Origin: Nostoc sp.
GTDB taxonomy: Bacteria > Cyanobacteriota > Cyanobacteriia > Cyanobacteriales > Nostocaceae
Assembly: GCA_036918135.1 (NCBI GenBank)
Contig: JBALDB010000011.1
Location: 232,487 to 296,486 of the forward strand
Direction: 5' to 3'
DNA: 64,000 nucleotides
The notes below the pieces were generated by a model. That model saw nothing but the letters and a program-made list of their open reading frames with translations, had not been told where the DNA came from and ran no database searches. Below, one piece after another: positions 21,624 through 35,715 of this stretch. Positions within the stretch are counted from its first letter, which is position 1. Every line of letters starts with the position of its first letter. The position numbers and the translations under genes were made by a program.

Positions 21624-23999
21624 TTATCTTCTGAATTGTGCAGCCGTAATAACTGCTTGTCCTAAAGATAACCCGCCATCATTCGCTGGAACTAAGCTGT
21701 GAGTCAATACTTCTATTCCCAATGTTTGTAAAGGTTTGGTAATTTGCTCTAACAATATACAATTTTGAAACACCCCTCCTGTTAGAGCTACCTGATAAAT
21801 CATATTTTCTTGACAAAGACGTTTAGCCATTTCTACAATCGCATTGGCTAAACCTTTGTGAAATTTAGCAGCAATAAATGCTTGGGGAATTTGTTGCTGC
21901 AAGTCATGGAGCAAAGCTTGCCACATTGGACGCGGGTCTATACAGTAAATACTATCTGAAAAACTAAATTGAAAAGGATAAATTAGCGTTTCTTTATCAT
22001 TATTTAAGATGTTAATATCAACTAGAGCTTCCAGTGCGATCGCAGCTTGTCCTTCATAGCTACATTCATCTCTATAAATACCGATAGCCGCCGCTACTGC
22101 ATCGAACAACCTCCCCACTGAGGAAGCTGGAGGAGAGTTAATTCTTTTTTCAACTAATTGATTAAGTAGTTTTAATGGCTTGCTTTTCAAAAATTTAACT
22201 ATTTCTAAATCAGAATATTGTTCTTGGCAATCATCCCAAAGATTAGCAGCTATTAATTGGGCATAGGTATTACGCCAAGGTTGATATATTGCTTGTTCGC
22301 TGCCAATCATTGCCACTGATTTAAATGTTGCTACTCGCCTAAATTTTCGGTAATCTGCTAAAATAAATTCTCCCCCCCAGAGTGTACCATCTTCACCATA
22401 ACCCAAACCATCTAAAGCAATACCTAATACTGGAGGCGAATTTAAAGGAATGTTATTTTCTGCAATGCAGGCAGCGATGTGGGCGTGATGATGTTGGATT
22501 GGGTTAATTTTAATTTTATTTCTATCTGCAATTTCTTTACCAAATTTGCTTGAGAGATACTCAGGGTGTTTATCAATCGCAATTATTTTTGGTTGATGTT
22601 TAAATAAATTTAAGTATAAATTCAAAGTTTCTTTGTAAGCATGAAAAGCCACAGTATTTTCTAAATCTCCTAGATGTTGTGAAAGAATTGCTTCTTTTTC
22701 TCGCAACAAACAGAACGTATTTTTTAACTCACTACCCATTGCTAAAATTGACGGTACATTCTCAAATCCAGGTGGTAAACTAATCGCTGTTGGTACATAT
22801 CCTCTAGCACGGCGAATTGTTTGAACTTTCTCACCAACAACCCGTACTACCGAATCATCTACTCGATTAATAATTTCCCGATTATGGAGAATAAAATAAT
22901 CAGCTATTGTTCCTAATTTTTCTCTGACTTGATTATTATCAATACATTGGGGTTCATCGGCAATATTGCCACTAGTTAAAACAATTGGACGATTCATCCG
23001 CCGCAAAATTAAATGATGTAACGGCGTATAAGGTAGCATAAAACCAAGGTGATTTTGCCCCAGTGCTACTGAAGCTGCAATATTAAAATTCAGAGAACAT
23101 CTATTCTCGGTTTCTATTCCCAGTCCCTTTCTCTGCAATAAAACAATCGGTGCAGCAGAACTTATTAATAATTCTTTTTCCTTAGCATTTACAATACAAT
23201 ATTGTTCAATTACTTCAATATCTCGTGCCATTAAAGCAAAGGGTTTATGATAGCGCCTTTTGCGTTGACGGAGTTTTTGTACAACAGTTTCCTGAGTTGC
23301 ATCGCAAGCTAAATGAAAACCACCTAACCCTTTAATTGCAACAATCTCACCTTTTTGCAATAGGGTACAAACAGCATCAACATCATCTAACATCGAGAAC
23401 ATGGAAGCTGTAACCGCTTTCCCATCAGCGCGTTCCAACCAAGCTGAAGCACCACAAGCATGACAAGCTACAGGTTGAGCATGAAAACGGCGATTTTCAA
23501 CATCGTGGTATTCCTTTGCACATTCCGAACACATGGTAAACGCAGACATACTGGTATTGCATCTGTCATAAGGAATTGCCCGAATAATACTCAGGCGAGG
23601 GCCGCAATGAGTACAGTTAGTAAAGGGGTAACGGTAAAAGCGGCTAAAAGGATCGAATATTTCTTTTTGACATTGTGGACAAGTTGCTGCATCAGGAGCA
23701 ATTTCTGTTTTAATTGCACTATTGACACTACTAGAAATCACAAAATTATCAACGTTTAATTTACCAATGTAAGGAGTTCTTATTAGTTCATTAATTTTTG
23801 CTAACGGTGGGCATTCTGCTTGCAATTTGGCAACAAATTCGCTTATTGCTTCTTCACTACCAGATACGTGAATTAAAACACCTTGGCCATCATTACAAAC
23901 TTCGCCACCCAAACCGCAAGCTTTAGCAAGACGATATACAGTAGGACGAAATCCTACTCCCTGAACAGTACCGCGAACTCTAATTTCTTCAATCACCAT
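21624..23999 (-). CDS. hypF: Carbamoyltransferase
   Basis: VQGVGFRP, zinc fingers, HHHAH, NDGGLSLGQ. Confidence 0.96.
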   Translation of the reverse strand: MVIEEIRVRGTVQGVGFRPTVYRLAKACGLGGEVCNDGQGVLIHVSGSEEAISEFVAKLQAECPPLAKINELIRTPYIGKLNVDNFVISSSVNSAIKTEIAPDAATCPQCQKEIFDPFSRFYRYPFTNCTHCGPRLSIIRAIPYDRCNTSMSAFTMCSECAKEYHDVENRRFHAQPVACHACGASAWLERADGKAVTASMFSMLDDVDAVCTLLQKGEIVAIKGLGGFHLACDATQETVVQKLRQRKRRYHKPFALMARDIEVIEQYCIVNAKEKELLISSAAPIVLLQRKGLGIETENRCSLNFNIAASVALGQNHLGFMLPYTPLHHLILRRMNRPIVLTSGNIADEPQCIDNNQVREKLGTIADYFILHNREIINRVDDSVVRVVGEKVQTIRRARGYVPTAISLPPGFENVPSILAMGSELKNTFCLLREKEAILSQHLGDLENTVAFHAYKETLNLYLNLFKHQPKIIAIDKHPEYLSSKFGKEIADRNKIKINPIQHHHAHIAACIAENNIPLNSPPVLGIALDGLGYGEDGTLWGGEFILADYRKFRRVATFKSVAMIGSEQAIYQPWRNTYAQLIAANLWDDCQEQYSDLEIVKFLKSKPLKLLNQLVEKRINSPPASSVGRLFDAVAAAIGIYRDECSYEGQAAIALEALVDINILNNDKETLIYPFQFSFSDSIYCIDPRPMWQALLHDLQQQIPQAFIAAKFHKGLANAIVEMAKRLCQENMIYQVALTGGVFQNCILLEQITKPLQTLGIEVLTHSLVPANDGGLSLGQAVITAAQFRR

Positions 24000-24033
24000 A
24001 GCAATCTGATTTTCAAAAATTACGAATTATGAA

Positions 24034-25245
24034 TTACGAATTATCAAACTGCCACAGCAAAATTCGATTATTTCCAGAATCAGCTATTACTGCCGTTTTA
24101 CCACAAATTTTTATACTGTAACACCAATTTAAACTATCTCGTTTTGCTAATCCAAAATCCCGATTTTCACCTTTACTTTGAAAATTCATTTGTCCGGTTA
24201 TTCCATCTGCGGCTGCATTTTGCAGTGATAAAATTGATTGTGACTTTTTCCATCCTAACAATCGCGAATTTGCAGTATCTGCAACTACTAACCACTCCCC
24301 ACCCACGCCTACACCATAAGGCATACTCAAGCTACTAGCACCAGGATAATAAACCCCTTGATTCATTTCCACACAATCAAAGTTTTTTTGCCCTAAAACC
24401 ACTGCACAAGGAGTATTATTTTCTGTGGGTATTCCTTGCCAAATCATTACACGGTTATTGCCTGCATCACTGACAACCAAATTTTCTCCCCAAAAGGTAA
24501 TATCGTGACACCAACGCATACTCGCTGCGGTTGGAGAACCACCACCGTTTTCATTGCGAGATATCATATCTGGTTGTCCCAAAACTAAATCAGCAGGTTG
24601 ACCGTTTTCTGTTGGTAATTGATGCCAAATTAATACCCTGCGATTTCCTGTATCAGCAATAAATAGCTGTCCTTGATGATAAAAAACTCCGTAAGGCCAG
24701 TGCATTGTATCGGCAGATGCTTGTTGAGTTCCTCGATTTGGTTCATTATCGCTAAAATTCATTTGTCCTAATACCAAATCTGCTGGTACATTGCTATCTT
24801 GTGGTAAATTTTTCCAAATCAAAATCCGATGATTCCAAGCATCTGCTACAGCTAATCCTTTGCCACAACTACAAATTCCAGTTGGTACATTTAAAGTACT
24901 TCTTCCAGTTGTACCTTTAGCATTTTGTCCTTCATGATAAAAGTCAGGTTGTCCAATTATCCAATCAGCCGATTGACTGTCTTTAGTAGGTAAATTTCGC
25001 CATCCCAGTAATCGATGATGTCCTGTATCCGATACCCACAATACTCCATTTAATAACAAACAAGCACCACGAGGCCCAAACATTGTAGCCGGACTGGGTG
25101 CTACAGGCATCACTAATTGTTGTGCTTCAATAATATTACCTAAAATTACCTCTGCACCCTGAGATGAGAAAGGTAAGTTTTGAGGAGTTGCTGTTGCTTC
25201 TGGCGGTAATTGTGCTATAGGATGAATTGTAATTGGGATATCCAT
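24034..25245 (-). CDS. NHL-repeat protein (hyp-associated)
   Basis: Repeated DxxNxRxLxW...LGQ units. Confidence 0.85.
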   Translation of the reverse strand: MDIPITIHPIAQLPPEATATPQNLPFSSQGAEVILGNIIEAQQLVMPVAPSPATMFGPRGACLLLNGVLWVSDTGHHRLLGWRNLPTKDSQSADWIIGQPDFYHEGQNAKGTTGRSTLNVPTGICSCGKGLAVADAWNHRILIWKNLPQDSNVPADLVLGQMNFSDNEPNRGTQQASADTMHWPYGVFYHQGQLFIADTGNRRVLIWHQLPTENGQPADLVLGQPDMISRNENGGGSPTAASMRWCHDITFWGENLVVSDAGNNRVMIWQGIPTENNTPCAVVLGQKNFDCVEMNQGVYYPGASSLSMPYGVGVGGEWLVVADTANSRLLGWKKSQSILSLQNAAADGITGQMNFQSKGENRDFGLAKRDSLNWCYSIKICGKTAVIADSGNNRILLWQFDNS

Positions 25246-25503
25246 GAACCATAAATAGAGGCTGATAAATATTTAAAAACATTAATATTTAATAGCATGT
25301 AACAACAGTAACTTTTTGATATTTTTGAGATAAAATACTCAAGAAAATCAAGTGCAATTGTTGAAATTGTAAAATATATCTTTTAAATAGACGCTTCGGT
25401 AAAATAGATTTGTTAATAAGCGAACGTCTCAAAGTCTTATCTATTGAATAATGATAAGAATTAAGAGAAGCATTTTTAGATTTTTCAAATATATCTGATT
25501 TAG

Positions 25504-26352
25504 TTACTTAGCTAACAGTTTTACAAAAACCTTATTGTCTTTAATCTTTACTGGATATGATTGAAGCGAAATATTAGGTGCAGTTAAACATTCACCTGTC
25601 TCTAAATTATACTCAAATCCGTGGAAAGGACAAGTAATAATGCCATTTTCAATCTTACCCCGATCTAAAGGATTTCCTAGATGAGTACAAGCATTACGGT
25701 AACATCTAAAGGTAATACCCTGGCGATATAAAATTAGTGAAGTACCAGCAAATTCTACTGCTAATACACTTAATTCAGGAACTTGCTCAATAGTTGCTAC
25801 TTTTATCCAACTAGAACTTAACTTTGGAGGGAATGGACTTATTAAACTAGAACTTGCAGCGTTAACAGTAGAGTTATTATTGATAGCAATAACTTTGGTA
25901 ATTTCTGGACAATGGTTTTTGATTGCTTGTTCTACTCCCTGAGATAAAGTTAGATTAGAAGCCGGACAACTGCTACAAGTTCCTATTAATCTTACTTCTA
26001 CAGTATCTGGTGGTTTAATTGCTACTAATTCTATATCACCGTTATGGCTTTTTAAGCCTGGTCGGACTTCCTCAAGTGCTGTTTGAATGCGCTGTGTTAG
26101 TGGTGGTTTTGGCGGTTTAACTAATTCGTGATAAAGCAATACTGCATATACTACTTCATCAGTAACAGCATGACGTAAAGCTGACATTGATTCTTGTTTG
26201 AGACTTTTAATTAAACTAGTCAATGCTGCTTTATGTAAAGCTTCAATTGCTCTTTTTAAGCCTACTGCTACACACCGTTGGCTTTCATCCCACTCGGATA
26301 TAATTGCCTCAAAGCGGTTAATTTCCTGAACTAATTCTTCAAGGTTGGACAT
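25504..26352 (-). CDS. NifU-C-like plus Rieske domain protein
   Basis: GTCSSCP; CTHLG...CPFHG. Confidence 0.88.
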   Translation of the reverse strand: MSNLEELVQEINRFEAIISEWDESQRCVAVGLKRAIEALHKAALTSLIKSLKQESMSALRHAVTDEVVYAVLLYHELVKPPKPPLTQRIQTALEEVRPGLKSHNGDIELVAIKPPDTVEVRLIGTCSSCPASNLTLSQGVEQAIKNHCPEITKVIAINNNSTVNAASSSLISPFPPKLSSSWIKVATIEQVPELSVLAVEFAGTSLILYRQGITFRCYRNACTHLGNPLDRGKIENGIITCPFHGFEYNLETGECLTAPNISLQSYPVKIKDNKVFVKLLAK

Positions 26353-26509
26353 GGGGCAGAACAATTTTGAATTTAAGATTTGACAAAAAGTTGGAGGGAG
26401 GTTTCCTTTCAACTAAACTTTTCAAGACGGATTTGGGATTGAACAATCATAAATTGTAAATCCAACTTTTAGGTAGGGCATTAGTTACTTAGAAAGGATT
26501 GATGGCGAC

Positions 26510-26734
26510 TTACTTCATTTTAAAATCTTTGAGAAGAAATGGCATAATCATTCCTGTCACTAAGCTAGATAATATTACTGGTAGGTAAAAGGGAATTTTT
26601 GCTTGTGCGAATAATACTAGTAGTAGCGAACCTACAGCAGTAGCAATGGTAGTTCGCTGGATAAAATATATGGGGTCGCGCAGAAGCTTTCCTTTTAAAA
26701 ATAATTTGGCAGAAAACCACCCAATTTCTAACAT
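26510..26734 (-). CDS. Small membrane protein (hyp-associated)
   Basis: GGAG RBS before MLEIGWFSAKLF; two TM segments. Confidence 0.7.
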   Translation of the reverse strand: MLEIGWFSAKLFLKGKLLRDPIYFIQRTTIATAVGSLLLVLFAQAKIPFYLPVILSSLVTGMIMPFLLKDFKMK

Positions 26735-26742
26735 ATTTTCTC

Positions 26743-27009
26743 CTAATAATTTTTTAATAAATTGAGAATGACTAGCCCTAAAATGATAGCGGGAATTACG
26801 CCAGCAGGAGCAAATAATGCACCAAGCATTGCAGAAAACTGATAACCTATATCTTTTCCAGCTAATAGCATACCGCCGATAGCACCACCAACCATAGATA
26901 AGACTGTTGCTGTGACTAGCCAAACAAATTCTGTTGCTATGTTCAGGTCACCTGCTGCTAAACTTGTGAAAAAATCTCTGACAGTAGAGCTTGTCAAAAT
27001 ATCTTGCAT
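26743..27009 (-). CDS. Small membrane protein (hyp-associated)
   Basis: Gly-rich TM helices. Confidence 0.75.
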   Translation of the reverse strand: MQDILTSSTVRDFFTSLAAGDLNIATEFVWLVTATVLSMVGGAIGGMLLAGKDIGYQFSAMLGALFAPAGVIPAIILGLVILNLLKNY

Positions 27010-27097
27010 TCTCAGTTTTCCTTCTTAATTAAGTTGGGTGAGTGGCAAGTGGAGAGTTAGGAGTGGAAAGTTAAGTTAGATGAAAATTTCATAACTT

Positions 27098-28066
27098 CTA
27101 ACTTTTAATTTCTGCTTCTATCTCTTGTAATGCTTGAGTTATTATTTCTACTTGTTCCATTTGTTGATATTTAGTAAATATTTCTAAAGCTTGTTGATAG
27201 TATGCACGCGCTTGTAAAAGATTTTTATGATTACCCGCTTCTGGTTTTTCTGTATCATCGGGTAAGTTGAATAATACATTAGCTTTGTTTGAGATTGTGT
27301 TAGCGTACTCAAGCGGTGTATCTTTGGAATTACGTACTTTTAGTGCTTCTTCATAAGCAACGATCGCCTTTAAGTTATTCTCCACAGGATGGGAACTCAC
27401 TAAATATTGCAAAGCGTTACCCAAATTATTTTGCAACATCGCATATTCTCTGGGATGCTCAATCAGATTAATATGCTTTAGCGCTATCTCAAATGATTGC
27501 ACTGCTAACCCTTGACGCAAGTATTCCCGTTCTGATGCTAAGGGCATGGAAAGATAAGCGATCGCAATATTATTGTATAAAATAGCATATTCTTGTGGGT
27601 AATCCTGCCAATTAAATACTCGCAAAGCTTCATGATAAGCTTGGATACTATCGGTTATCCGCGCTAAATTATACGGAACAAGTGATTGTAATACCAGCCC
27701 GAAGTTCATCTGTGTCTCTGCCACTTCTTCGGGTAAAGCTAACTGTTGTAAAATCGGTAGTGCTTCTTCATAACCGACTTTCGCTTGCAACAGCAGTTGT
27801 GTGCTTACATCCGGTATTGCCTGTAACGTTCCTGCCATCCCCACTTGCGCCCTGGCTTTAAGTAGGGGAAACTCCTCACCACACATCTCATAGGCGCGGT
27901 AATATAAGCTAACTGCATTCCGCAAGTCTTGAGCTGTTTTAGGCTTTTTTTGAAAGCCTTGTGCTATTTCAATCAGCATTTGGATTTTTTCATCCGCTGA
28001 GGCTGACTCCGATGCAACAGCTGCGATCGCAGCCTTCACCGCTGAATCTGTAATGCTAGGGGTCAT
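27098..28066 (-). CDS. TPR-repeat protein
   Basis: Repeated P.EYA..NN.. units. Confidence 0.85.
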   Translation of the reverse strand: MTPSITDSAVKAAIAAVASESASADEKIQMLIEIAQGFQKKPKTAQDLRNAVSLYYRAYEMCGEEFPLLKARAQVGMAGTLQAIPDVSTQLLLQAKVGYEEALPILQQLALPEEVAETQMNFGLVLQSLVPYNLARITDSIQAYHEALRVFNWQDYPQEYAILYNNIAIAYLSMPLASEREYLRQGLAVQSFEIALKHINLIEHPREYAMLQNNLGNALQYLVSSHPVENNLKAIVAYEEALKVRNSKDTPLEYANTISNKANVLFNLPDDTEKPEAGNHKNLLQARAYYQQALEIFTKYQQMEQVEIITQALQEIEAEIKS

Positions 28067-28724
28067 AACTCTGCCATACTCTAGCCAATTGGGAATTGAG
28101 TCTGTTTATGCCCACAAATGATTAAGACACCCTTTGGTATCCAATCGCGGGCCATACTGATTTACGCAGGCTTCGAGTCCTTTTGGCGGAATTCCCCTTT
28201 TTTGTCTAAGACTAGGGATTAGTAACTTGGAAAGAAAGACGCGGGGACACAAAGACACAGAAAAATATTCTCTCTACGTCAGCGTGTCTCACTATCTTTG
28301 CGTCCTCTTCCCATGCCCAATCCCCAATCCTTTAAATATAAAACACTTTATTTCTCAAATTCTAGAGGGGAATTGCCAATATTAATGTCAGTTTTAAACA
28401 CCTAATATTTTAAAAATATTTTTTGTATCATCACTAGATACAATCCAAATATTCTTTATGGAATTGTTGACATACATATATGCGCTATCTTTATAGGCAA
28501 CTTTTGTAACACTATAATCAAGTGGTAAAAGTCATTTTAATATCTGGTACTGCTTCCAATATAGTGCTAATTGACTAGTCAGCGGCTTACTTTTCTACAG
28601 AGACTTGCTGGTTGGTTTTACATTTGGTTTATACGTTCGTCAAAGTAATTCGATACCAAATTTTTGTGAACGCAAATGAACACCGAAGTGTAAAATATGT
28701 TTGTCAACTGTAAAACAACCTCCC

Positions 28725-29529
28725 TTGAAAACAGACAGTATTTTTTATCGTATTTTCCAAAGTATCCCCAGCACTTTCTTTGAACTAATTAACCAACCTC
28801 CACAACTAGCTACTGCTTATCAATTTTCTTCAGTCGAAGTCAAACAACTAGCCTTTAGAATCGATGGTGTCTTCCTTCCAAATGCAACAGCGCTACCTAT
28901 CTATTTTGCCGAAGTGCAATTTCAACCAGACAAAAAATTCTACTCACGTTTATTCGCTGAAATCTTTAACTATCTTGACAAAACCGAATTAACCAATAAT
29001 TGGCATGGTGTTGTCATCTTCCCCAACCGCAGCGTTGATAATGGAAATACCGAAAGATATACAGAAATACTCAACTCACAACGAGTCACTCGCGTCTATC
29101 TTGACGAATTAAGCTCAATTGAGACATCATCAATCGGCATTAAGACAGTTAAACTGAATCGTTGAACCCGAATCAACTGCAACAACAAAAGCTCTCGAAA
29201 TAGCCAACACTGCCAGAGAGCAAATTCCAGATGTTGCTACAATTAAAGAAATTATACAATTGATAGAGACAATATTAATCTACAAGTTGCCGCGATTGAG
29301 CCAACAGGAGATAGAAAAAATGTTTGGAGCAAATGAGTTAAAGCAAACTAGATTTTATCAAGATGTTTTTGCAGAAGGTAGACAAGAAGGTAAACAAGAA
29401 GGTAAACAAGAAGGTAAGTTAGAAACCATACCCCAGTTATTAGCATTGGGTTTAAGTATCGAACAGATAGCTCAAGCTTTAGCTTTGGATGAACAAGTTG
29501 TTAGACAAGCTGCACAATCAAAATCTTAA
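28725..29529 (+). pseudogene. Rpn-family / DUF2887 recombination-promoting nuclease, frameshifted near 29157
   Basis: KTDSIFY, FRIDGVF, EVQFQ; aaa ctg A atc gtt gaa extra base breaks KLIVEP; C-terminal EGKQ repeats in second frame. Confidence 0.85.
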
Positions 29530-30188
29530 AAGAATTGATATATATTTGACGGGGCGTAAGACTTTGCGCTCCGATATTTTTTGTATTTAAATTTTTCTGT
29601 ATCAATACTGTTATATATATAAATATTTTTACTTATATTAATATTGTAATTATCTTCGATTGTCAGGGTTTATAAAAGGTGATGTCTACAACAAGCTAGA
29701 CTTACTAATACTCCTGGTGAGCGCGATCGTCTTTTTCATTTTTTATGATAAATATATTAATTTATACTTAAAATTAAATATTTTAATATTTTTGTTAATA
29801 AATTATGAGTGTTAATAGGAATTAATAAAGTAGGTTAAAGTTGTCAAAATTAAAAATTTAAATATGAATTTAATTTTACTTTTACCAATTATTAATTTGT
29901 TAAATATATTACATATAAAACAAATTTAAGCATGAATATTAATTTAAATAATTAATTCTTTTTTAATAAAAGAGAATTAAATAAAAAATACTTTATACTG
30001 AAAAATAAATATCAATAAATAGGTGAGACTTTACAAGCTTTGTCACTTATATGGTGCTGAGTGGGGAGTGAAAAGTAGAGAGTAGTGAGTGAGGGAAATG
30101 AAGGAACAGAGCGAAAACTCCTAACTCCTGACTTAGGATTCAGCACTGGACAGACTCATTTGGTAAACAATAGAAAAACTCATAGCCG

Positions 30189-31151
<963 letters not shown>

Positions 31152-31224
31152 GAATGGGGAATAGAGAAGTACTGAGTTAGGAGTTATTCTCCTTCATCCC
31201 CACATCAATAAAAGGAGAGAAGAA

Positions 31225-32820
<1,596 letters not shown>

Positions 32821-32839
32821 ATAATGTTAATTACTAAGT

Positions 32840-32876
32840 AAAAAATGGCTATTTGTGATTCAAATAGCCATTTTTT
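32840..32876 (+). terminator. Intrinsic terminator after hupL
   Basis: aaaaaatggctatttg-tgatt-caaatagccatttttt. Confidence 0.8.
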
Positions 32877-33054
32877 ATTATGATTTTTTTACCTTAAGGT
32901 TGAGCCATTGTCTCACAGTGGTGTAAAAAAGCTCAACACAAACATAACTCCAAGACCAATTGCAACAATTAAAAATAGTTTGCTACTTAAATCTAAGAAT
33001 TGATTAAGAACCTCAATGTGTGGTCGCCCTGGTAGGCTGAGTTGTACACGTACA

Positions 33055-33194
33055 TACAGCAGTTTTCGTTTACATAAAGTACAAAGTCACAGATTTTGAG
33101 GCAGGAGGCAGAAGGCAGCTATGCTGGGGGGATAAAGAATAATTAGAGTTTTGAATTCTCAGTTTTGTACCTCATAAACCTGCAATACGCTGTA
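33055..33194. mobile_element. MITE-like element
   Basis: Imperfect inverted ends tacagc...gtacaaa / tttgtac...gctgta. Confidence 0.5.
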
Positions 33195-33295
33195 GTTGAG
33201 CCAACGAATTAAGTCTTGATTCTGATGGGCACCAAAAGAAAAAATTTGATAAAATCCAAAGCTTAAAATAGCAGGTAAAACAAGAGCATACCTAA

Positions 33296-34207
33296 GAGGC
33301 TGTTTGAAAAGTCGAACAGGTTGTAAAAAAGCTCTCTAGGTATACGCTGTGAATAGATAGTAGACAGCACCAAGAGAGCAACATGAGTAAAGCATACCCT
33401 AGCAATCTGACCCACACTCAATATGAATTTCTAAGTGACATGATTCCAGAACCCAAACTCGGTGGTCGCAAGCGTGAAGTTGATATGTGGGAAGTCCTTA
33501 ACGCAATTTTCTATGTCTTGGTAGAAGGAATTAGATGGCGATCGCTACCGGGCGACTTTCCCGCATGGCAGACAGTGTACACATATTTTCGCGACTGGCG
33601 CAAAAACGGTACGTGGTTGAACATTCACGATAGTCTCCGGCAGTGGGTTCGGATTGAGCAGGAGCGCCATTCAAGTCCATCCGAGGCAATCATCGATAGT
33701 CAAAGTGTGAAAACTGCTGCAATGGTGCATGAAGCCGTAGGCTACGATGCGGGCAAGAAAATCAAAGGTCGTAAGCGATTCATAAGTGTCGATACCTTGG
33801 GGTTAGTCTTGCGGGTGTTGGTCACGGCTGCTAATGTGGGTGAGCGCCAAGGAGGTAAACGAGTTCTCATACGGGTCAAGCACTCTAGCGAACAGGTATC
33901 TCGTTTGACAACCCTCTGGGTGGATGGGGGTTTTGATGGTGAGCCATTCATGCAGTGGGTGATGGACTTTTGCCGTTGGATTGTACAAGTGGTGCTGCGA
34001 CCAGAACAAACTAAAGGGTTCGTATTGCTCAAGAAACGTTGGGTAGTGGAACGCACTTTCGGCTGGGTGATGGGGTGTCGGCGATTGGTTAGAGACTATG
34101 AGTTATTGCCCGAAACATCAGAGACGTTTATATACATTGCTATGATCCGAATCATGGTGAGGCGATTGGCATAAAATTTGACCCTTTAAAACTTTTCAAA
34201 CAGCCTC
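33296..34207 (+). mobile_element. IS5-family (IS1031-like) insertion sequence
   Basis: Perfect 17-bp TIRs GAGGCTGTTTGAAAAGT / ACTTTTCAAACAGCCTC around a transposase. Confidence 0.93.
33383..34174 (+). CDS. IS5-family DDE transposase
   Basis: IIDSQSVK, GKKIKGRKR, WVDGGF, RWVVERTFGW. Confidence 0.95.
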   Translation: MSKAYPSNLTHTQYEFLSDMIPEPKLGGRKREVDMWEVLNAIFYVLVEGIRWRSLPGDFPAWQTVYTYFRDWRKNGTWLNIHDSLRQWVRIEQERHSSPSEAIIDSQSVKTAAMVHEAVGYDAGKKIKGRKRFISVDTLGLVLRVLVTAANVGERQGGKRVLIRVKHSSEQVSRLTTLWVDGGFDGEPFMQWVMDFCRWIVQVVLRPEQTKGFVLLKKRWVVERTFGWVMGCRRLVRDYELLPETSETFIYIAMIRIMVRRLA

Positions 34208-34439
34208 TCAGATAAGCTTCAATCTCTTGCTGATTTGCATGGTAATAGGTTAAAGCTGCATAAACTTGTGCAAGAGTTAAATTACCCATCCGTTCAACAA
34301 TTTCTTCAGCATTCATCCCCCTCTCATACCAAGCTGCAACTCGTTGAACAGATACTTTAGTTTCAGCAATTCGAGGACGACCACCAAGAGTTCCAGGTGT
34401 CCGAACAATCAGTGTGCCAATGTCAGTAATAGTTTGCAT
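34208..34439 (-). pseudogene. DUF433 protein truncated by the IS
   Basis: GGRPRIAETKVSV...LAQVYAALTYYHAN; frame runs into IS end. Confidence 0.75.
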
Positions 34440-34539
34440 AAGCTACCTAACTCACTTTTACCCTCATCATCGCATATTATATTGGTTCAGTAAAAGTTTT
34501 TATCTCACAATATAAACTCAAACTATGGTGTAATTTTAC

Positions 34540-35046
34540 CTACAATTTATCAATACTGAAAAATCCTGTAGAATTGCCATTTATAGTTTTTTCATCTACC
34601 TTTTTCATGCCAATTCTTTCTGCTAATTTTTGTGACTCCAAATTTGGGCGATCGCAGCTTGCTACTAGATACTCATAGTTAAGTTTATCAAAAGAATATT
34701 CGAGTATCTTCGTTGCAGCTTCAGTGGCATAGCCTTGTTTGGTAGCTTTCGGCAGCAAAGCATAAGCTAATTGAGGCTGTTCTTCATCAAAGAAATTCCA
34801 CAAACTAATAAATCCAATAATTTCTTGCTCATTTTTAATCTCAATAAACCAAAGACCATATCTTTTTTATTCAAAATTATTTCGACTCTCTTTCACCATT
34901 TCTTCAACCTGTTGCAATGGAAAAATTTTGTCGTCGCACAGATACTTTCTCACGTATGAATCGATGAGAATAGCGTGTAGTGTATTCAGCCCATTCTCTA
35001 AAATTGGTTTTAACAACAGCCTTTGAGTTTCAAGTATTAAAGCCAT
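34540..35046 (-). pseudogene. RimJ-like GNAT acetyltransferase with in-frame TAA at 34867-34869
   Basis: LETQRLLLKP...NFE*KRYGLWF...KQGYATEAA in one frame. Confidence 0.85.
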
Positions 35047-35225
35047 TAGTGTAAACCTCACTGCGACTCCAGCATTTTTGAAAACAGCAATATTACTCAT
35101 AGTCTACTAAATTACAATCTGTTCTAAGTAAATTGCCAGAATAAAATCAAACTATGTAAAGAAAAATGAACTAGGCTAAAACCCTCACCCTACTTCAGTG
35201 ATGTCTATGGCTGGCTACGCCAATG

Positions 35226-35372
35226 CATTTGCTATTTCGGAGACTACATTTGCTATTTCGGAGACCGCATTTGCTATTTCGGAGACCGCATTTGCTATTT
35301 CGGAGACTACATTTGCTATTTCGGAGACTACATTTGCTATTTCGGAGACTACATTTGCTACTTCAGCGACCG
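35226..35372. repeat. 21-bp tandem repeat, 6 copies plus 1 degenerate
   Basis: catttgctatttcggagacYR. Confidence 0.92.
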
Positions 35373-35416
35373 CTGCTTATTTATTGAAAATTCCTAATGC
35401 AATGTCCCATGCCCAC

Positions 35417-35488
35417 TTTATTCAAAACTCGTAGCATAACACACTAAAACTTATAGAAACAGTGCGTTAGGCTTGCCTTAATTCACTT
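35417..35488 (+). repeat. 72-bp direct repeat, copy 1
   Basis: Near-identical to 36889-36960. Confidence 0.85.
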
Positions 35489-35715
35489 CAACAGGTCGCG
35501 GCGATAGCGCAGCGTAAAGCCTTCTCTACGAGACGCTACGTGTAGCTTGCTTAAGAGCAGGGGCACGCTCAGTACAAGTCCCTAATTCCCAGTCCCTTTT
35601 ACGCATTTTTGAACCTTTGATGTATTTTCATTATCGTGCATGGGTTTGAGCCTTATTTCTGCCTCAAAGATGTTTAAGTCCCGCAGCGATCGCAGCAAAG
35701 CGGACTGCTATAGTA

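Noticed and set aside
29530..30050. Very AT-rich tract as origin or foreign DNA
   Set aside because: No iterons or DnaA-box cluster seen; fits the hupSL promoter region.
35198..35434. 78-aa ORF (FAISETx repeats)
   Set aside because: Translation of the 21-bp tandem repeat; no evidence of coding.
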